Origin: Plasmodiophora brassicae | Lineage: Eukaryota | NCBI GenBank assembly: GCA_036867785.1 | Contig: CP145410.1 | Span: forward strand, 1,550,001 to 1,614,000 | DNA: 64,000 nt | Direction of reading: 5' to 3' | Part shown: piece after piece, positions 9,476 to 22,500 of the stretch | Layout: the number at the start of each line of letters is the position of its first letter | Position numbering within the stretch: the first letter of the stretch is position 1 | Translations under genes and position numbers: made by a program | The notes under the pieces: model-generated | The model's input: only the letters and a program-made list of their open reading frames with translations | The model's database searches: none | What the model was told of the DNA's origin: nothing

Positions 9476-11374
9476 TCACATTTGCATCGTGACGAAGCGC
9501 ACGTCGCGCTGCGCCTCGCCACGTAGCCCCTGGACGTAGGCGCGCCTGACGAGCGTGTTCGTCTGCCGGTCGATACCCGTCTGCGTCGCCGCGTCCTTGT
9601 TGCTGTCGTACTTTTGCGTCTCGGCCGACCGCTTCGAATACGTCGACGTCGTCTGCGTGCTGGACGTGGACTTGCGCCTCAGCGCCACCAACTGCAGCGC
9701 CTGTCGCCTGCGATCCCAGTGGTTCCACGCGTACGACTTGTCGATGGCCTCCTCGACGAAATGGACGGGCGTCTCCGTGCCGACGTCGGCGGTCGCGTTC
9801 CGCTCGCCGTACAGCGTCACGTCGTTCCGGTCGGATTCGTCCAGGCCGGTCACGTTCGGGTACTGGTCGTCCAGGTGCAGCAGGTGGATCAGCTCGGTCG
9901 CCGACCGCACCTTGGCGTGCACCTTGCCGAGATGCGTCTCCGGTGACGCCATGAACGCGCTGAGGGCGGCCTGATCCACGCAGGCGTAGTACTTCTGCCT
10001 GTAGTGCACCAGGCCGAGGTGCGGGTCGCCCGGCAGCAGCAGGCCATCGCGCCAGGCGATCGTCCACGGGCAGTACCCGTCGAACTCGATACGATGCTCC
10101 TGCGACGCCTGCACGAGGTCGGGCGCGTGCACCGCCTCGCCTGCCGAAGCCGCCTGCGGTTCGGCGGCGCCGGCAGGTGCCGACCCGGCCTGTGCACTGC
10201 TGCTGCTGCTGCTGCTGCTGCTCAGGATCTGCTCGACGCGCGCCTGATCCTGCAGCAGGTGCAGGTCGTCACTGGCAATGTTCACGGTGAAGTTGCACTT
10301 GAACTTGACGAGCTCGTTCAGGACGGTGCGCTTGGCGGCCAGGTGCGCCTGCTCGACCTGCAGGGCGCGCCACAGGCGCCCCAGGGCGGCGAACCGCGGG
10401 AACACGGCCCGCTTCGGCAGCGATGTCCTCGAGTTGACCATCGACTTGAGCTGCTCGATCTCGGTGTCGATGTGGGCGACCGCGTCCTGCGCCAGCGCGC
10501 TCGTCTGCTGCACGTCCTGGAGCAGGCGCCCGATGAACGACGCGTACTGCTGCCTGTTACGCGCCTCGTCCTGCAGGCGGGCCTGCGGCGACGCGATCGT
10601 GCCGGGGCGCGCGAACTCGACCCGAAGCAGGGTGGCGTACCGTTGGCACATGCCGTCGACCTCGATGCGCTCGGCGTCCAGGTCGGCGGTCAGCGCCGTG
10701 ATGGCAGCGAACACCTGGTCGGGTACGTCGGGGATGGCGGCGCCCCCTTTCCCCAGGTACCGGTTCAACAAGCGAATGCCCAGCGTGATGTCGATCAACG
10801 TGGCCAGCTGCTGGCGCTTCTCGTCGACGGGCATCTGGGCGAACATCAGGACGCGATCCTTGGGCAGGGCCGACTGCATGGCGGCGGCCATCTCCCGCTC
10901 CGTCTGACGGTCCAGCGCAGGCGTGCCGGCGTGCAGCGACAAGACGTCGAAGACGAGCTTGTAGATGGTCGGCAGCTGGCCATCGCTGCGCAGGCGGGCA
11001 GCGAACTCGACGACCTTCTCGATGGCGGCGTCGGTGTCGGCGGTCAGCTTGGCGGCCGCATCGCGCAGCTGGCCCTCGGTCTGCACCTGGATCCCATCGA
11101 TCGCCGCCTGCATCTTGATGGTCTCCATGGCCGGCGAATCCGGGTGCAGGACCCGGGCGGCCGTCATCTCCACGATCGACTGCATCTGCTTGGCCGTCAG
11201 CGGCGCCTCGAACGCCAGGCCGCAGGCCGGGTCCAGCGTCACCGCCCGCAGCGTGTACGCGGCGACCCGTTCCGAGCACGGGCGATGCTGGCGCTGGCAT
11301 CGCTCCGTGATGCGATCCGTGATCTCCTTGAAATGGTCCAGGATCGTGCCGACCGTCGCGATCGGCGACGCCAT
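9476..11374 (-). CDS. CFAP206: Cilia- and flagella-associated protein 206
   Basis: Long ORF with VAAYTLRAVTLDP, SPAMETIKMQ, ITLGIRLLNRYLGKGGAAI, EFDGYCPWT...DGLLLPGDPHLG, TETPVHFVEEAIDKSYAWNHWDRRRQALQL and YVQGLRG. Confidence 0.9.
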   Translation of the reverse strand: MASPIATVGTILDHFKEITDRITERCQRQHRPCSERVAAYTLRAVTLDPACGLAFEAPLTAKQMQSIVEMTAARVLHPDSPAMETIKMQAAIDGIQVQTEGQLRDAAAKLTADTDAAIEKVVEFAARLRSDGQLPTIYKLVFDVLSLHAGTPALDRQTEREMAAAMQSALPKDRVLMFAQMPVDEKRQQLATLIDITLGIRLLNRYLGKGGAAIPDVPDQVFAAITALTADLDAERIEVDGMCQRYATLLRVEFARPGTIASPQARLQDEARNRQQYASFIGRLLQDVQQTSALAQDAVAHIDTEIEQLKSMVNSRTSLPKRAVFPRFAALGRLWRALQVEQAHLAAKRTVLNELVKFKCNFTVNIASDDLHLLQDQARVEQILSSSSSSSSSAQAGSAPAGAAEPQAASAGEAVHAPDLVQASQEHRIEFDGYCPWTIAWRDGLLLPGDPHLGLVHYRQKYYACVDQAALSAFMASPETHLGKVHAKVRSATELIHLLHLDDQYPNVTGLDESDRNDVTLYGERNATADVGTETPVHFVEEAIDKSYAWNHWDRRRQALQLVALRRKSTSSTQTTSTYSKRSAETQKYDSNKDAATQTGIDRQTNTLVRRAYVQGLRGEAQRDVRFVTMQM

Positions 11375-11779
11375 GGCCGGCGATCCTCTCGACGCCGGAT
11401 AGTGGGTACCCCACAAACGATCTCACTGCGCACGCGCCCTACCCGGTGGTGGCCCACACCACGTCGTTCCATGCTGCAGCTGCTGACGGTGCGGTGGCGC
11501 GCGAAAACGGCTGCCCAGTGGCCGACGGGTAGAGCTGCTGCCTCGCCGGCAAGCAGTGACCCCGACCCCGCGGTCAGCAGGACGTTTTGTACCTACTCCG
11601 ACACCTGACAGAGACACGGAATGGTGTTGGTGAGGGGAGGCCCGCGCGACTAATCCGGAATCGCCGTTTTTGGGGCAACACATTGCGAAGTTCAGACCAG
11701 CGACGTCGTTTGTTGCTGTGGGCGGTCCACTCCCCCTTCCGGACGCAGTCGACTGCCAGTCGTCGGCGCCGGGGCAATC

Positions 11780-13903
11780 ATGGCCGATGATGATGGCGCG
11801 GCCAGGCTGTCGTCATCGGCCGTCCCCGCCCGTCCGGATGACCTGTCGGGGTCCAACTGGGACGACGGTACCGAACCCGGGCCTGCCAGCGTCGCATGCC
11901 CGACCTCAGTGTGCGCCACCACAGATAACGACGACGACGACGAGAAGTTTTTCGACGCCGCCGACAACATTGTCGACGACGCGGAGGGCGCCACGCAGCC
12001 GGCGTCGCCGACCAACCCGACGTCGCTCGTCAATCGTAGTCTGCAGTTTGCAGCAGGTCTCGTCGTGCGCGACCGTATCATCGTCTCCGGTCGCCGATAA
12101 CTGACGCAGCGGCCCCGTCAGACGATTCCGAGTCGGACGGTCTGAGCGACACCGACGACGATGTCAATCCTGCCAATGTCGTCCGGGTACGGTGCCCTGT
12201 TCTGCTGCGGCCAGGAACGACGCCGACCTTGCACGCGCCTGGGCTAAATCGACGATCGGACAGGACGCCGTGGATCCCGTCGCTGAGAGCGCCGCCATTG
12301 TCGCCGACGAGCAGCGCAACCAGCGGGTGAACCTGGAGACGGGCGAGGTGTTCCCCATCGATGACGACCTGCCCGAGTTCGACACGTTCGACACGATCCG
12401 CAGCGCCGACCCGCCACCCGACGTCGACGAGCAGGAGATCAGGGAGAAGAAGATTCGAACGGGGTTCTTTGCGAAAATGCTGCACAGGTACCTGCCGGCC
12501 CTCGTCGTTGTGCTGGCCGCACCCCGGCCCCCCCCGGTTCTTGACTGACTGGATCGCGCACGCGCAGAGCGACCGTCTCTGACGTCCAGGGGTCGAACCA
12601 GGTCAAGGTCAAGTCGCACAAGAAGTCGGAGCTGGACATGTCGGCGCTGAAGCAGCTCCAGGTGCTGAACTTCCACAACGGCCCCGTCTGGACCATGAAG
12701 TGGAGCCCGTGCGGCAACTACCTGGCAACGGCCGGCCAGGACGCCATCATACGGATATGGCTGGTCTGCGGTGGCGATGCCAAGATCGAGGATTCGACGC
12801 TGGTGCCGTCCGCACCGTCCATGAGCGCGTTCGGCCAGCGCGTACTGCACCCGTCGCCCTACCGGGAGTTCGCCGGCCACAAGTCCGACATCATCGACCT
12901 GGCCTGGTCCCGTTCGTCGTTCCTGCTGTCCGCGGTAAACAACCAGCAATGGTCCCGGTGCGCCTTGCGCTGCTCGGCACTGATCACGAATCACATGGCT
13001 CTGTGTTAGTCAATGGACAAGTCGGTACGCCTGTGGCACGTGTCGCGGACGCAGTGCCTGTCGTCGTTCCAGCATGCCGACTTCGTGACGGCCGTGGCGT
13101 TCCACCCGACGGAATCGCGACGGTTCCTGTCGGCGTCGTTCGACAAGAAGCTGCGCATGTGGGACATCCTGGACCATCGTGTCATCGACTGGGCGCAGAC
13201 GCCGCTCATGATCACGGCGGCGGCGTTCAATCCGAGCGGTCGCCTGACGGCCGCCGGCCTGTACAACGGCCAGGTCGTGTTCTACCAGAGCGACGGCCTG
13301 AAGTACTTCACGCAGATCGATTGCCGGAACCGGCACGGCAAGCACAAACGTGGGCGCAAGGTCACCGGCCTACAGTTCACCGGCGACGGCAAGCAGATCC
13401 TGATCAGCACGAACGATTCGCGCGTCCGCCTCTACGACATGGACGACTACTCGATGACGATGAAGTTCAAGGGCCACGAGAACGAGTCGCTGCAGATCCG
13501 GGCGCACTTCAGCGAAGACTACCAGTACATCATCAGTGGCAGCGACAATTCCGACATCTACGTCTGGTCCACCAGCAAGGACTACACGTCCGCCATTAAG
13601 GTACGCATGCGCCCTCCCGGTCGGGAACGCCCAGCGTGCAATAACGGGGGAATGCCAATGCCGTCGTTGTCGTTTCAGGGTCCCAGCATCATGCGCAAGT
13701 CCAACGACCGCAACGACTCGTACGAGTATTTCAAGGCGCACAGCGGGATCGTGACGGTGGCGTTGCTGGCGCCGGAGCGGACGCTGCTGTTTGCGACGCG
13801 CGCGGCACCGGCAGGCGGCCCCATCAGGCATATCATTGTATCGTCCGGGTACGACGGGCGCATAAAGGTGTTCGAGAACAGAGGCGACCCGGTCAAGATC
13901 TAA
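11780..13903 (+). CDS. WD40-repeat protein, WDR44/DGR2-like, multi-exon
   Basis: Motifs include HNGPVWTMKWSPCGNYLATAGQDAIIRIW, PYREFAGHKSDIIDLAWS, SMDKSVRLWH, FQHADFVTAVAFHP, ILISTNDSRVRLY, KFKGHENESLQIRA and SYEYFKAH. The N-terminus is acidic with an FFAT-like EKFFDA. Confidence 0.85.
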
Positions 13904-14022
13904 ACCAGAAACGACAGCGCTGTGTACACTACCACTAAACTACAACGTTCGAGATCATCCTGCTCATCGCGTCCCCGTCGGCGCCCTTCTCCCCCATATA
14001 TGCATCCCTGCTCTGTACCCAA

Positions 14023-15190
14023 TCATAACGGGTCGAACTCCATGATCAGGACCTGCCTCGTCATGCGCGTCGGCAGGGCGACCGAGTCATCGGAATCGGT
14101 GGCGGATTCGTCCGGGTCCTCGGCGGTCAGCTCGGATCGCCACTGCGAGCGCGCCTCGACCAGCGTGCCGTTCTTGGCCACGTAGACGAGACGGGCGAAG
14201 TGCATGGTCGTGCACCCTTGCACCCAGCAGCGTATGAAGTGATGGGCAATGTCGCGCCAGCTGACCGGATGGAACAGCTTCCAGAAGTTGGGCAGGAACA
14301 TGCCGAGCATGGACTCCTGGTGCACGGTCGATCGGCTCTGCAGGTCGTCGTTCGTGTACCCCAGCAGGGCGCGGGCAGCGCCGTTCAGCGTCGCCCGGGC
14401 ATCGTTGGACTGCCCCGTCGAGCAGATGTAATAGGTCAGGGTCGGCACCGACTGCTGCTGCTGCTGGCACGGGGACATCGGCGACGCCACGAGGCCATTA
14501 TACTCGGCGCTGGGCGTCGGCACCGTAACGGGCCAGTCGGCACGGCTGCGCCGGACGTCGTTGTAGATCCAGCGGACGTCAGTGGGCGTCAGCACGCACC
14601 GGACGATTCGCAGGTAGGCGTTGAGGATGTCGGGCGGCAGGCTGCGTACGAGATCGGGTGGGAACGCGCGGTGCCCGTACTTGATGGCCTTGGTCAGCAT
14701 CTCCGGGATGCAGGTCGGCGTGCCGACCGGCGTCAGCACGGGCAGCACGGGATCGGGCGCCGGCTGCCAGTACCTGCCGACCTGGGCGACGACCTGCCCG
14801 CAGTGGCCCTGCATGTGCCATGAGTTCCAGGGGTCGCCGCAGGGTCTACCGGTCGAGCGCCGACTCACAGCGGATGCCGGGTCGCCCCGGCTGGCGATGC
14901 ACATGTCGTCCAGGTGCAGGCGCACGCATCGGGAGCAGGGCGTCGTCGCCTCACAGCGCACCTTGCTGCGCGCGCATGGGCCGCACGCGGCGGACAGGCG
15001 TGGGCCGAGCGGGCGCCGCCGAACGCACGGTGCGGGGTCGGCGCAGATGGCGCCCCGACGCTCGCACCGATCGCAGGGACGGTTGCGATCGCACGCCGCC
15101 TTATGCCGCTTACACAGAGCGCAGGCTGGACGGCGCCCGGCAGCGACCTGGGCGGCATCGTCGCCCCCCGGCAGGACAAGCGCTGTCATG
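14023..15190 (-). CDS. Zn(II)2Cys6 transcription-factor-like protein with two clusters and a C-terminal PAS-like region (start uncertain; upstream ATG near 15262 possible)
   Basis: Two six-Cys clusters: ACALCKRHKAACDRNRPCDRCERRGAIC and ACGPCARSKVRCEATTPCSRCVRLHLDDMC. The C-terminus has LNGAARALLGYTNDDL...FWKLFHP...YVAKNGTLV. Confidence 0.75.
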
Positions 15191-15751
15191 CCGTTCGTCG
15201 GTGAGGCGGGGCGGCGCGCTATGCAGAGATGAGGAGCGCCAATGACCACGGCAGTCTGCATGATGGCGAAAGTGCGCAGGGCCCCAGGGTCGAGCCTGGG
15301 CGCCGGATTTAGATCAGCGCGAAACCCCGGATCGGGTTGGCCAACCGGCCACGCTGTCCGTCCGCGGGGCCGGCTCGGCCAATGGCACTGCCACCCTCCA
15401 ATGGCCCCCGGGGGCCTGGCAGGGGGCGGCGGCCTAAATATGGAGCTGCGCCTGACCACTGCCCTGTCGGAAGGTTCCCAGCGGCAGGCCAAGCGCGCGC
15501 CCTTTCGCATCGGGCCGTATACACCGGTCCGACTCCCTCGGAACGGTGTCCGCCTCGCGACACACACAGGGGACAAACGATCGTTGGGTCCCCTGTATCC
15601 GACAGCAGTTGTGCAACCTTATGGGCATGGTCAACCTGTCCAGAAGTCGCTGGCGGCGAACGGCTGGCAGGCCAGCGCGACCAGGTGACGGGCGCGGATT
15701 GTCGCGGCGGCCGGGTGCACCGGATACTACGACGACGGAGTGCGTGGCTGA

Positions 15752-16514
15752 ATGGCGCCGTCGATCGAGGAATGGTGGGCCGAGATCCCGCCGGTCACCA
15801 AGGCGCTCATGATCGCAGCGATAGGGACGACGGCCGTCGTATCGCTCGGTATTGTGCACCCGGCCGACCTGTACCTGGACACGCACGCCGTCGTCAGGCA
15901 CGTGCAGGTGTGGCGCCTGCTGACCTGCTTCTCCTTCCTGGGTACCATCGGCATCGGATGGTTCCTGCAACTCTACATAATGTATGCGCACGGCCAGGGC
16001 GACGTTATCAATTTCCATCCCGGCTGATTCGCCTGCTCGTGTCAGATCGAAATACGGTGCAACGTTGGAGAAGGAGTATTTCCGCGGGGCGACGTCCCGC
16101 GCCGATTTCGTATTCATGCTGGTGTTTAGCGCCAGCGTTCTCGTCCTGGCATCATTGGTCGTACCCGGCCTGTACTTCCTGGGGCCCTCGCTCGTCACCG
16201 TCCTCATCTACGTCTGGAGCCGTTCCGACCCGCACACCCCCGTGACGTTCTTCGGGTTCCGGTTCCAGGCCTGGCAGGTCCCGTTCCTTCTGATGGTGTT
16301 CCACGTCCTGATGGGCGGGTCCGCCCTGCCCGACATTGTCGGCATCCTGGCCGGGCACGCCTACTACTTCAGCACGACCGTCGTCCCCAGGGCGTACGGC
16401 GTCACGCTGGTCAAGACGCCCGCGTTCCTGATCGGCCAGCTGGCGCAGGAGGGCCCGGCACGAGCGGGCATGTCGTGGCGGCGCACTGGCCAGGGCCACC
16501 GCCTCGCCGACTGA
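15752..16514 (+). CDS. Derlin (DER1 family ERAD membrane protein), 2 exons
   Basis: WWAEIPPVTK, QVWRLLTCF, YGATLEKEYF...ADFVFML, YVWSR..P, GILAGHAYYF, TPAFL and the C-terminal SHP box GQGHRL. Confidence 0.92.
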
Positions 16515-16886
16515 TACAGGGGCCGGCCCGCCCGACGACCGCCCCCGGGGGGTGTACCTGTACCGACATACAAAACATCGCGGGGGCGATCCGCAGATTT
16601 TAGGTGCGATTTTTTGCGGGGTGCTGCCCAGTGTTCTAAATTTGTCGACCCCGGGCCCGCCGGGTAGAACGAGCGGGGTGGTGTTGTTCGTGGGTCACTC
16701 ACACCGTGTCATCACGATCGCCGATCGGGATCAGGCGGCAGCGGCGCATCGGGGGCGGCTGGTGCGCGCGCGCGCAGCATTGTCGTCGCCCGTGGGCTGC
16801 TCCGTCGCCCCCCCGTAGCCCCTAGCGCGAATCGGCAGCAACGTTGAGCGTCGCGTGTCGCTGACGACGGGCTCCGAGACATGGCC

Positions 16887-19378
16887 ATGGCGGCGCCCGA
16901 TGCGCCGTCGTCCATGCCGCCCGCCGAACGGTACCAAAAGCTGGCCAAGATTGGCAAGGGGTCGTTCGGCGACGTCTTCAAGGGGTACCGCACGCCCCGC
17001 TCCGATGTACTGCTTGTATACCGGGCGGCACTGATACTCGGCATTCCACCGTAGTCTGGATCGGGTGACACAGGGCATCGTCGCCATCAAGGTGATCGAC
17101 CTGGAGGCCGCCGAGGACGAGATCGAGGACATCCAGCAGGAGATCACGGTCCTGTCGCAATGCCATTCGCCCTACATCACGCAGTACTACGGGTCGCACC
17201 TGTCCAATTCGGAGCTGTGGATCGTCATGGAATACCTGGGCGGCGGGTCCATACTCGACCTGATGGAGGAGGCCCCCCTGGAGGAGGTCTACATTGCCAT
17301 CATATTGCGGGAGATCCTCAGAGGCCTCGAGTACCTGCACGACAACGGGAAGATCCATCGGGACATCAAAGGTCCGTTGGCGACGATCCCAATCCACAGT
17401 GTCCGCGCCGCCCATGTCCCCTAACCGTTCGACGTGCGGCAGCCGCCAACGTTCTCCTGTCGTCCAAGGGCGAGGTCAAGCTCGCTGACTTTGGCGTCGT
17501 CGGCCAGCTGTCCAACACGGTTGGCGACTCGCGGGCGCGGTTGATTGCTCCCGGCGGCGCTGACCGCCCGGATGCCTGCAGATGCGGAAGCGGAACACGT
17601 TCGTGGGGACGCCGTTCTGGATGGCCCCCGAGGTCATCCAGCAGTCGGACTACGACGAGAAGGCGGACATCTGGTCGCTGGGCATCACGGCGATTGAGAT
17701 GGCGACCGGCGAGCCGCCGTTCGCCAACATCCACCCGATGCGCGTGCTCTTCATCATCCCGAAGCAGAAACCCGCCCGCCTCGAGGGCAACTTCTCCAAG
17801 CACTTCAAGGACTTTGTCGAGAAGTGCCTGCAGAAGGAGCCGGCGAAGCGGCCGTCCGCCAAGGAATTGCTTCGTCATAAGTTCGTCCGCAATGCCAAGA
17901 AGATCTCGTGCCTCGTCGACTTGCTCGAGCGCGTCTCGCAGGACCGCACCGTTGGCGTAAGCCGGACCTAGGACGTTGGCGAAAGGCTCCCGCCCTCCTG
18001 ACTCTGTTCGTTGTAGGTCGACCGCGACGACCAGCAGTACGGGACGTTACGGGAGCAGAACGCGCCCGACGACACGTGGCTGTTCAACACGATCAAGGCG
18101 GCGCCCAGTGAGGACAACGCGGACGTCGACGATGACAAGGACGACGACGGCACCGAGGATGTGTTCGCGTCCGCCCACGAGGGCGAGCTCGGCGACGGCC
18201 TCGGGACGGTGCGCATGCGACCGTCGGCCATCAGCGCGTCCACGGCCCCGTCTCACGTCGAATCAACGGAAAGCATGGCGACGGGAAGCACCGTGTACCA
18301 CGGTGAGGGATAACCTGGACCCTCGCGGCAACCGACCTGCGTTCCTGACCCGTGTCATGTAGCGAATGCCGCCAGCGGTGACGAGAGCTTCGAACCGTTC
18401 GCCAGCGACGACGACCCGTACGGGACCATCAGACGCGTCCCGGGGCCGAAAGGTAACGTTCTGCTGCGCTGCGTTTCGATGCTGGCCATCACTGATGCTG
18501 TGTGTGTCTTCTCTCCCCCTGTCCGTTTCCTCGTTAGGCCAGTTCGACCCGAACGACCCGTTTGCGTACGCAGGCGACAGCGATGGCGAAGACGGTCCAT
18601 CGATGTACGGGACCGTCCGGGCGACGCCTGCCGACAAGCAGGGTACGGTGCGCGGCGCCCCATCGGATGCCTCGGCGGCGAAGAAGGGCCTGCTGTCGAG
18701 CAGCAAGCAGGCGGCGGCCGCGGCCAACGCCCGATATCGTGACGATGCGCCTCCGGACGACGCCGAGCCTGACATCGACGTGTCGTTCGTCGTCAGTGGA
18801 GCCGCGGCCGACGAGAAGGTCACCGAGGCCGTCGACGACGACGACGAGTCGTTCCTCGACGCGGTCATCGGGCCAGCCATATCGTCGATCGCGTCCGGCT
18901 CCAGCGGCAGACTGGCGCGTGCGCTCGACGACCTTCGAGCAGCATTCGACGAGCTGGAGGACGCGAAGCCCGGTGCCTGCAAGGAGTTCCTGGACCGGGC
19001 CGCCCGGCTGACGATGACGACGACAAGGACGACGACGTCCCAGAAAGCGTCACAGCAACATCTACCGCCGCCATCAAAGTCGTTACCGCGGGGAGGCACA
19101 TCGCCGCCGTCTGCCTCGGCGACGCTGTCGCCGCAGAAGGCGTCGCCAGCGCCTGCGGTCGCCCGCCTGGCGCATGCCATATCGGACGGGGGCCAGGGAT
19201 CGGCCCAGCAGGCCGACGTGGACGAGCACACGACGACCCAGTCGGTGCGAAGCCCCGAGCCCGGCATGTTCAACGCCCTTTTAAACAGGTATGGTCCCAG
19301 CGGCGGCGCTGCTGTTGTGATGCCCGTCCCGCCAACCGCTGACACTGCCCTGCTGCTAGATGGAAGAACGTAAGCTAA
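16887..19378 (+). CDS. STE20/GCK-III family Ser/Thr kinase (STK24/25-like), multi-exon
   Basis: [49 protein letters not shown] and [16 protein letters not shown]. The C-terminal region has [13 protein letters not shown], a PDCD10-like dimerisation segment. Confidence 0.9.
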
Positions 19379-19537
19379 GTCTCTGAAAATGTGTTGTCTG
19401 GCAATACAAAACCCTATCCAATGTCAGTCGGGGCAGCGATCGCGGGGTCGGCTGACGACCGCGACCCGGAGAAGGTCGGACGTTTGGGCAGCGCCAGTCC
19501 TGAAATAAACAGGCGCGCCGCTTGGAGCCATTTACAA

Positions 19538-22500
19538 TCAGGACTGGTTGTAATAATAGATGCCTTGCTGCAGGTACTGGATGGAGTCGTACGTGTTCGT
19601 CCTGAAGTTGTTGTACGAGTCGAGCACGACGTTGATCATGTGCTGGGCGGCGTCCCGCTCGTTCTTGTCGGGCGCGAACCTCTGCTTCAGGTTCGCCACC
19701 GAGTCGGCCTTGAAGCAGCCCAGGGCGCTGGCCGACATCAGGTCGGCGATGGACAGGAAGTCGTCGCGGTGGGCGCGCACGGCCAGGTACCCGCGGGCGC
19801 AGAGCTCGACGAACCAGTTCCACAGGTCCGAGTCGTAGTTGTCCATGACCTCGACCATCTCCAGCGTCAGCTTGAACCCGCCCGGCTCGAACTTCATGTC
19901 CTTGGCCGGCGAGATGTCAAAGATGAAGCCGAAGTCGATGTGGACGACGTGGCCGTCGTCGTCCAGCAGGATGTTGCCGTTGTGTCGGTCCTTGACCTGC
20001 AGCAGGTAGCAGCAGACGGCGTAGCCGGCCATGGACAGGACAAAGTTCCGCTGCGCCTGCTTGAAGGCGGCGCCCTCGGCCCGCCCGTACTTGGACAGGA
20101 AGTAGTCGCGCAGGCTCAGCCCGTTGCTCTTGCCGAGCTCGTCGCGCGACGCCGACCGGCGAACGCACTCGATGACGCCGCCCAGGTCGCGCGTCGGCCC
20201 CGTCCGGTTCGGGATCACCAGGTACGGGTAGACGAACAGGGGCAGGCCGACGGACGCGAACACGTCCTTGGCCAGGCGGATGAACTGTAGCGCCAGGCAG
20301 TCCTGGCGGCAGTCGTCGCCCGCCTTGAAGATCACCTGCTTCGTGGAGACGGCGGCGGCGGGAGTGGTGGTGGTGGTGGTGGTGGCGGAGCGCACCAGGA
20401 ACTCGACGAGGAACGGGACGCGCGCCGCCGACTGCAGCGGCTTGGCCGTCGGCACGAGGATGTCGACGACCTGCGCCGTGTGATCCGTCGGCAGGTACAG
20501 CGGGTGCCGGGCGCTCTCCAGCGCCTCGGCCCGCACCCGCTGCAGCTGGCGCTGGAGCTCGGCCCGCCGCTCCTCCTTCATCGGCTTCGGGATCTCCAGC
20601 AGGTCCGACGACAGCCTCGTGATCGACGCGATGAACGCGAACTCGGCGCGGTAGAAGTCGGCGGCGGCGTCGGGCAGCGACGCGACGACCTACGGTGGTG
20701 CAGGAGTCAGCGGACGAGCACGCGAACCACCACGACCACCACCACCCGACGACGTACCTGCTGCTCGAGCTGGGCGCAGATCGCCGGCAGCGGGTCGTTG
20801 GGGGCCTGACGCGACCGGGGCGACTCGTCGACGACCGCCTCGGTCTGCAGCGCCCAGATCAGCTGGTGGGCCAGGTGCGGCGACAGCGTGCCGGCGCGCA
20901 GCAGGAACCGGGCCAGGCTGCCGAACCGGTCGTGCCGGAGCGCCTGGATGATCTCCGACATGTAGAAGATGACGCCGGTGAACGCGTGCCGCCCCAGCGA
21001 CCGCATCGTGTACTGCGTCACCGTCTCACAGTCGGCGTACGGCTGGCAGAGCAGGCGCAGGGCCGTCGGCAGCGAGCACGACTCGAACAGGGCCAGGTGC
21101 TTCAGCTGCGGCGCGTTCCCCTTGCAATTCTTGGCGTTGGCCAGCAGGCGCACGGATTCGGCGACGTTGGCAAACGCCAGCGGGTGCGTCTGGATGCGGG
21201 CGCGTATCAGCGTGCGCAGCTGGGGCACCCAGGACAGGCGCTGCGCCAGGCGGTAGGCCAGGCGCGGGTCAATGTGCCACGCCAGGTGGAAGTACCGGCG
21301 CGCCTCCTCGCTGCCGACCGCCCCGATGTTGTACGCGTACAGGTTCTCGTCGCGCAGGGCCAGGTCGGGCGACCGGCGCGGGTTGTGCCACGCGACCAGC
21401 CGGTGGAACTCGTGCGACAGCAGCAGGATCAGCAGGTCGGCGTTCGACGAATGCCGACGGACGCCCACGGTCACCTGGACGAAACGGGCACACGCCCATC
21501 AGAGCAACGCACAGGCACGGTCGCCCCCCGATTACCTGGTCGTTGACGGCGCTGGTTCGCAGGCCCCACGGCGCGTCCGAGTACTCGCTGGCCTGCCGGT
21601 TCGGTGTGGGGACGTTGCCATACCCGGGTCCCGGGTCGGTGACGAGCGACGCCGCCTTGTGCGGCGCCTCGCTGCGAACCGTCTGACGAACGGACCCGCC
21701 GTGCACGCTCGACGTGTCGCGGATCGAGCTGGACGACGCCGCGTACGCGGTGGCCACACGCCCCGTGCTGGCAGCGGAAGGCGTCGTCGCGGGCGCCGCA
21801 CTTCGCGTCGTCGCGGCCGACCCAGCACAGGCCCGGACCGATTCAATGAACGTGGCGATCGTGGCGGCGTCCCGGACGACGTCGGCCCAGTTGGTGTGGG
21901 GCGACCAGCGCGGCCCGTCGTAGAACCAGGCGAAGGCGCAGGCCATGACCCGGTCGTGGAGCAGCGTCAGGTCGGTGTGCCGGACGGAGCCGACCATGCG
22001 CAGGCCCAGGTACAGGAGGCGGAACCGCGGGCCGAACGCGAACGGCGCGCAGGACAGGCGGTCGGGCCTCGACAGCGCCTTGTGCAGCATGGACTCGACG
22101 GCGCGCAGGCTGCCCAGGCTCCTGTCCGACAGCGTGTCGAACCGGTCGATCAGGAACTGGATCCACAGGTCGTGGCAGGCGGCGACGCGCTCGTCCGGCT
22201 GCAAGGCGCCAGCCCCATGTCAGACCGCGCATGGGACGTGCAGGCGGGGGGCCGGCAGCGGCGAACCAACCCGGAAGTAGGACCCGATCCTCGTGAACAG
22301 GCAGCCGTCGAACTGGGCGGACGCGTCCTTCGTCCCGCTGAACAGGCCGAGCTGGGAGTCCACCGTGTGCGACCAGGCGGGGACCATGGTGACCAGCAGG
22401 CCGACGGAGAAGGCGTGCGACACGGCGAACAGCCAGGACCAGGTGGCCGTGGCCACCTGCATGGCCGCCTCGGTGAACATGTACACGGGGGCCATGCAGA

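Noticed and set aside
10004-11608. Long antisense ORFs (534 aa here; also 21272-22624, 28540-29904, 30373-31323, 51367-52665, 51989-53029)
   Set aside because: These are shadows of real genes on the opposite strand caused by high GC and codon bias, and they carry no recognisable motifs.
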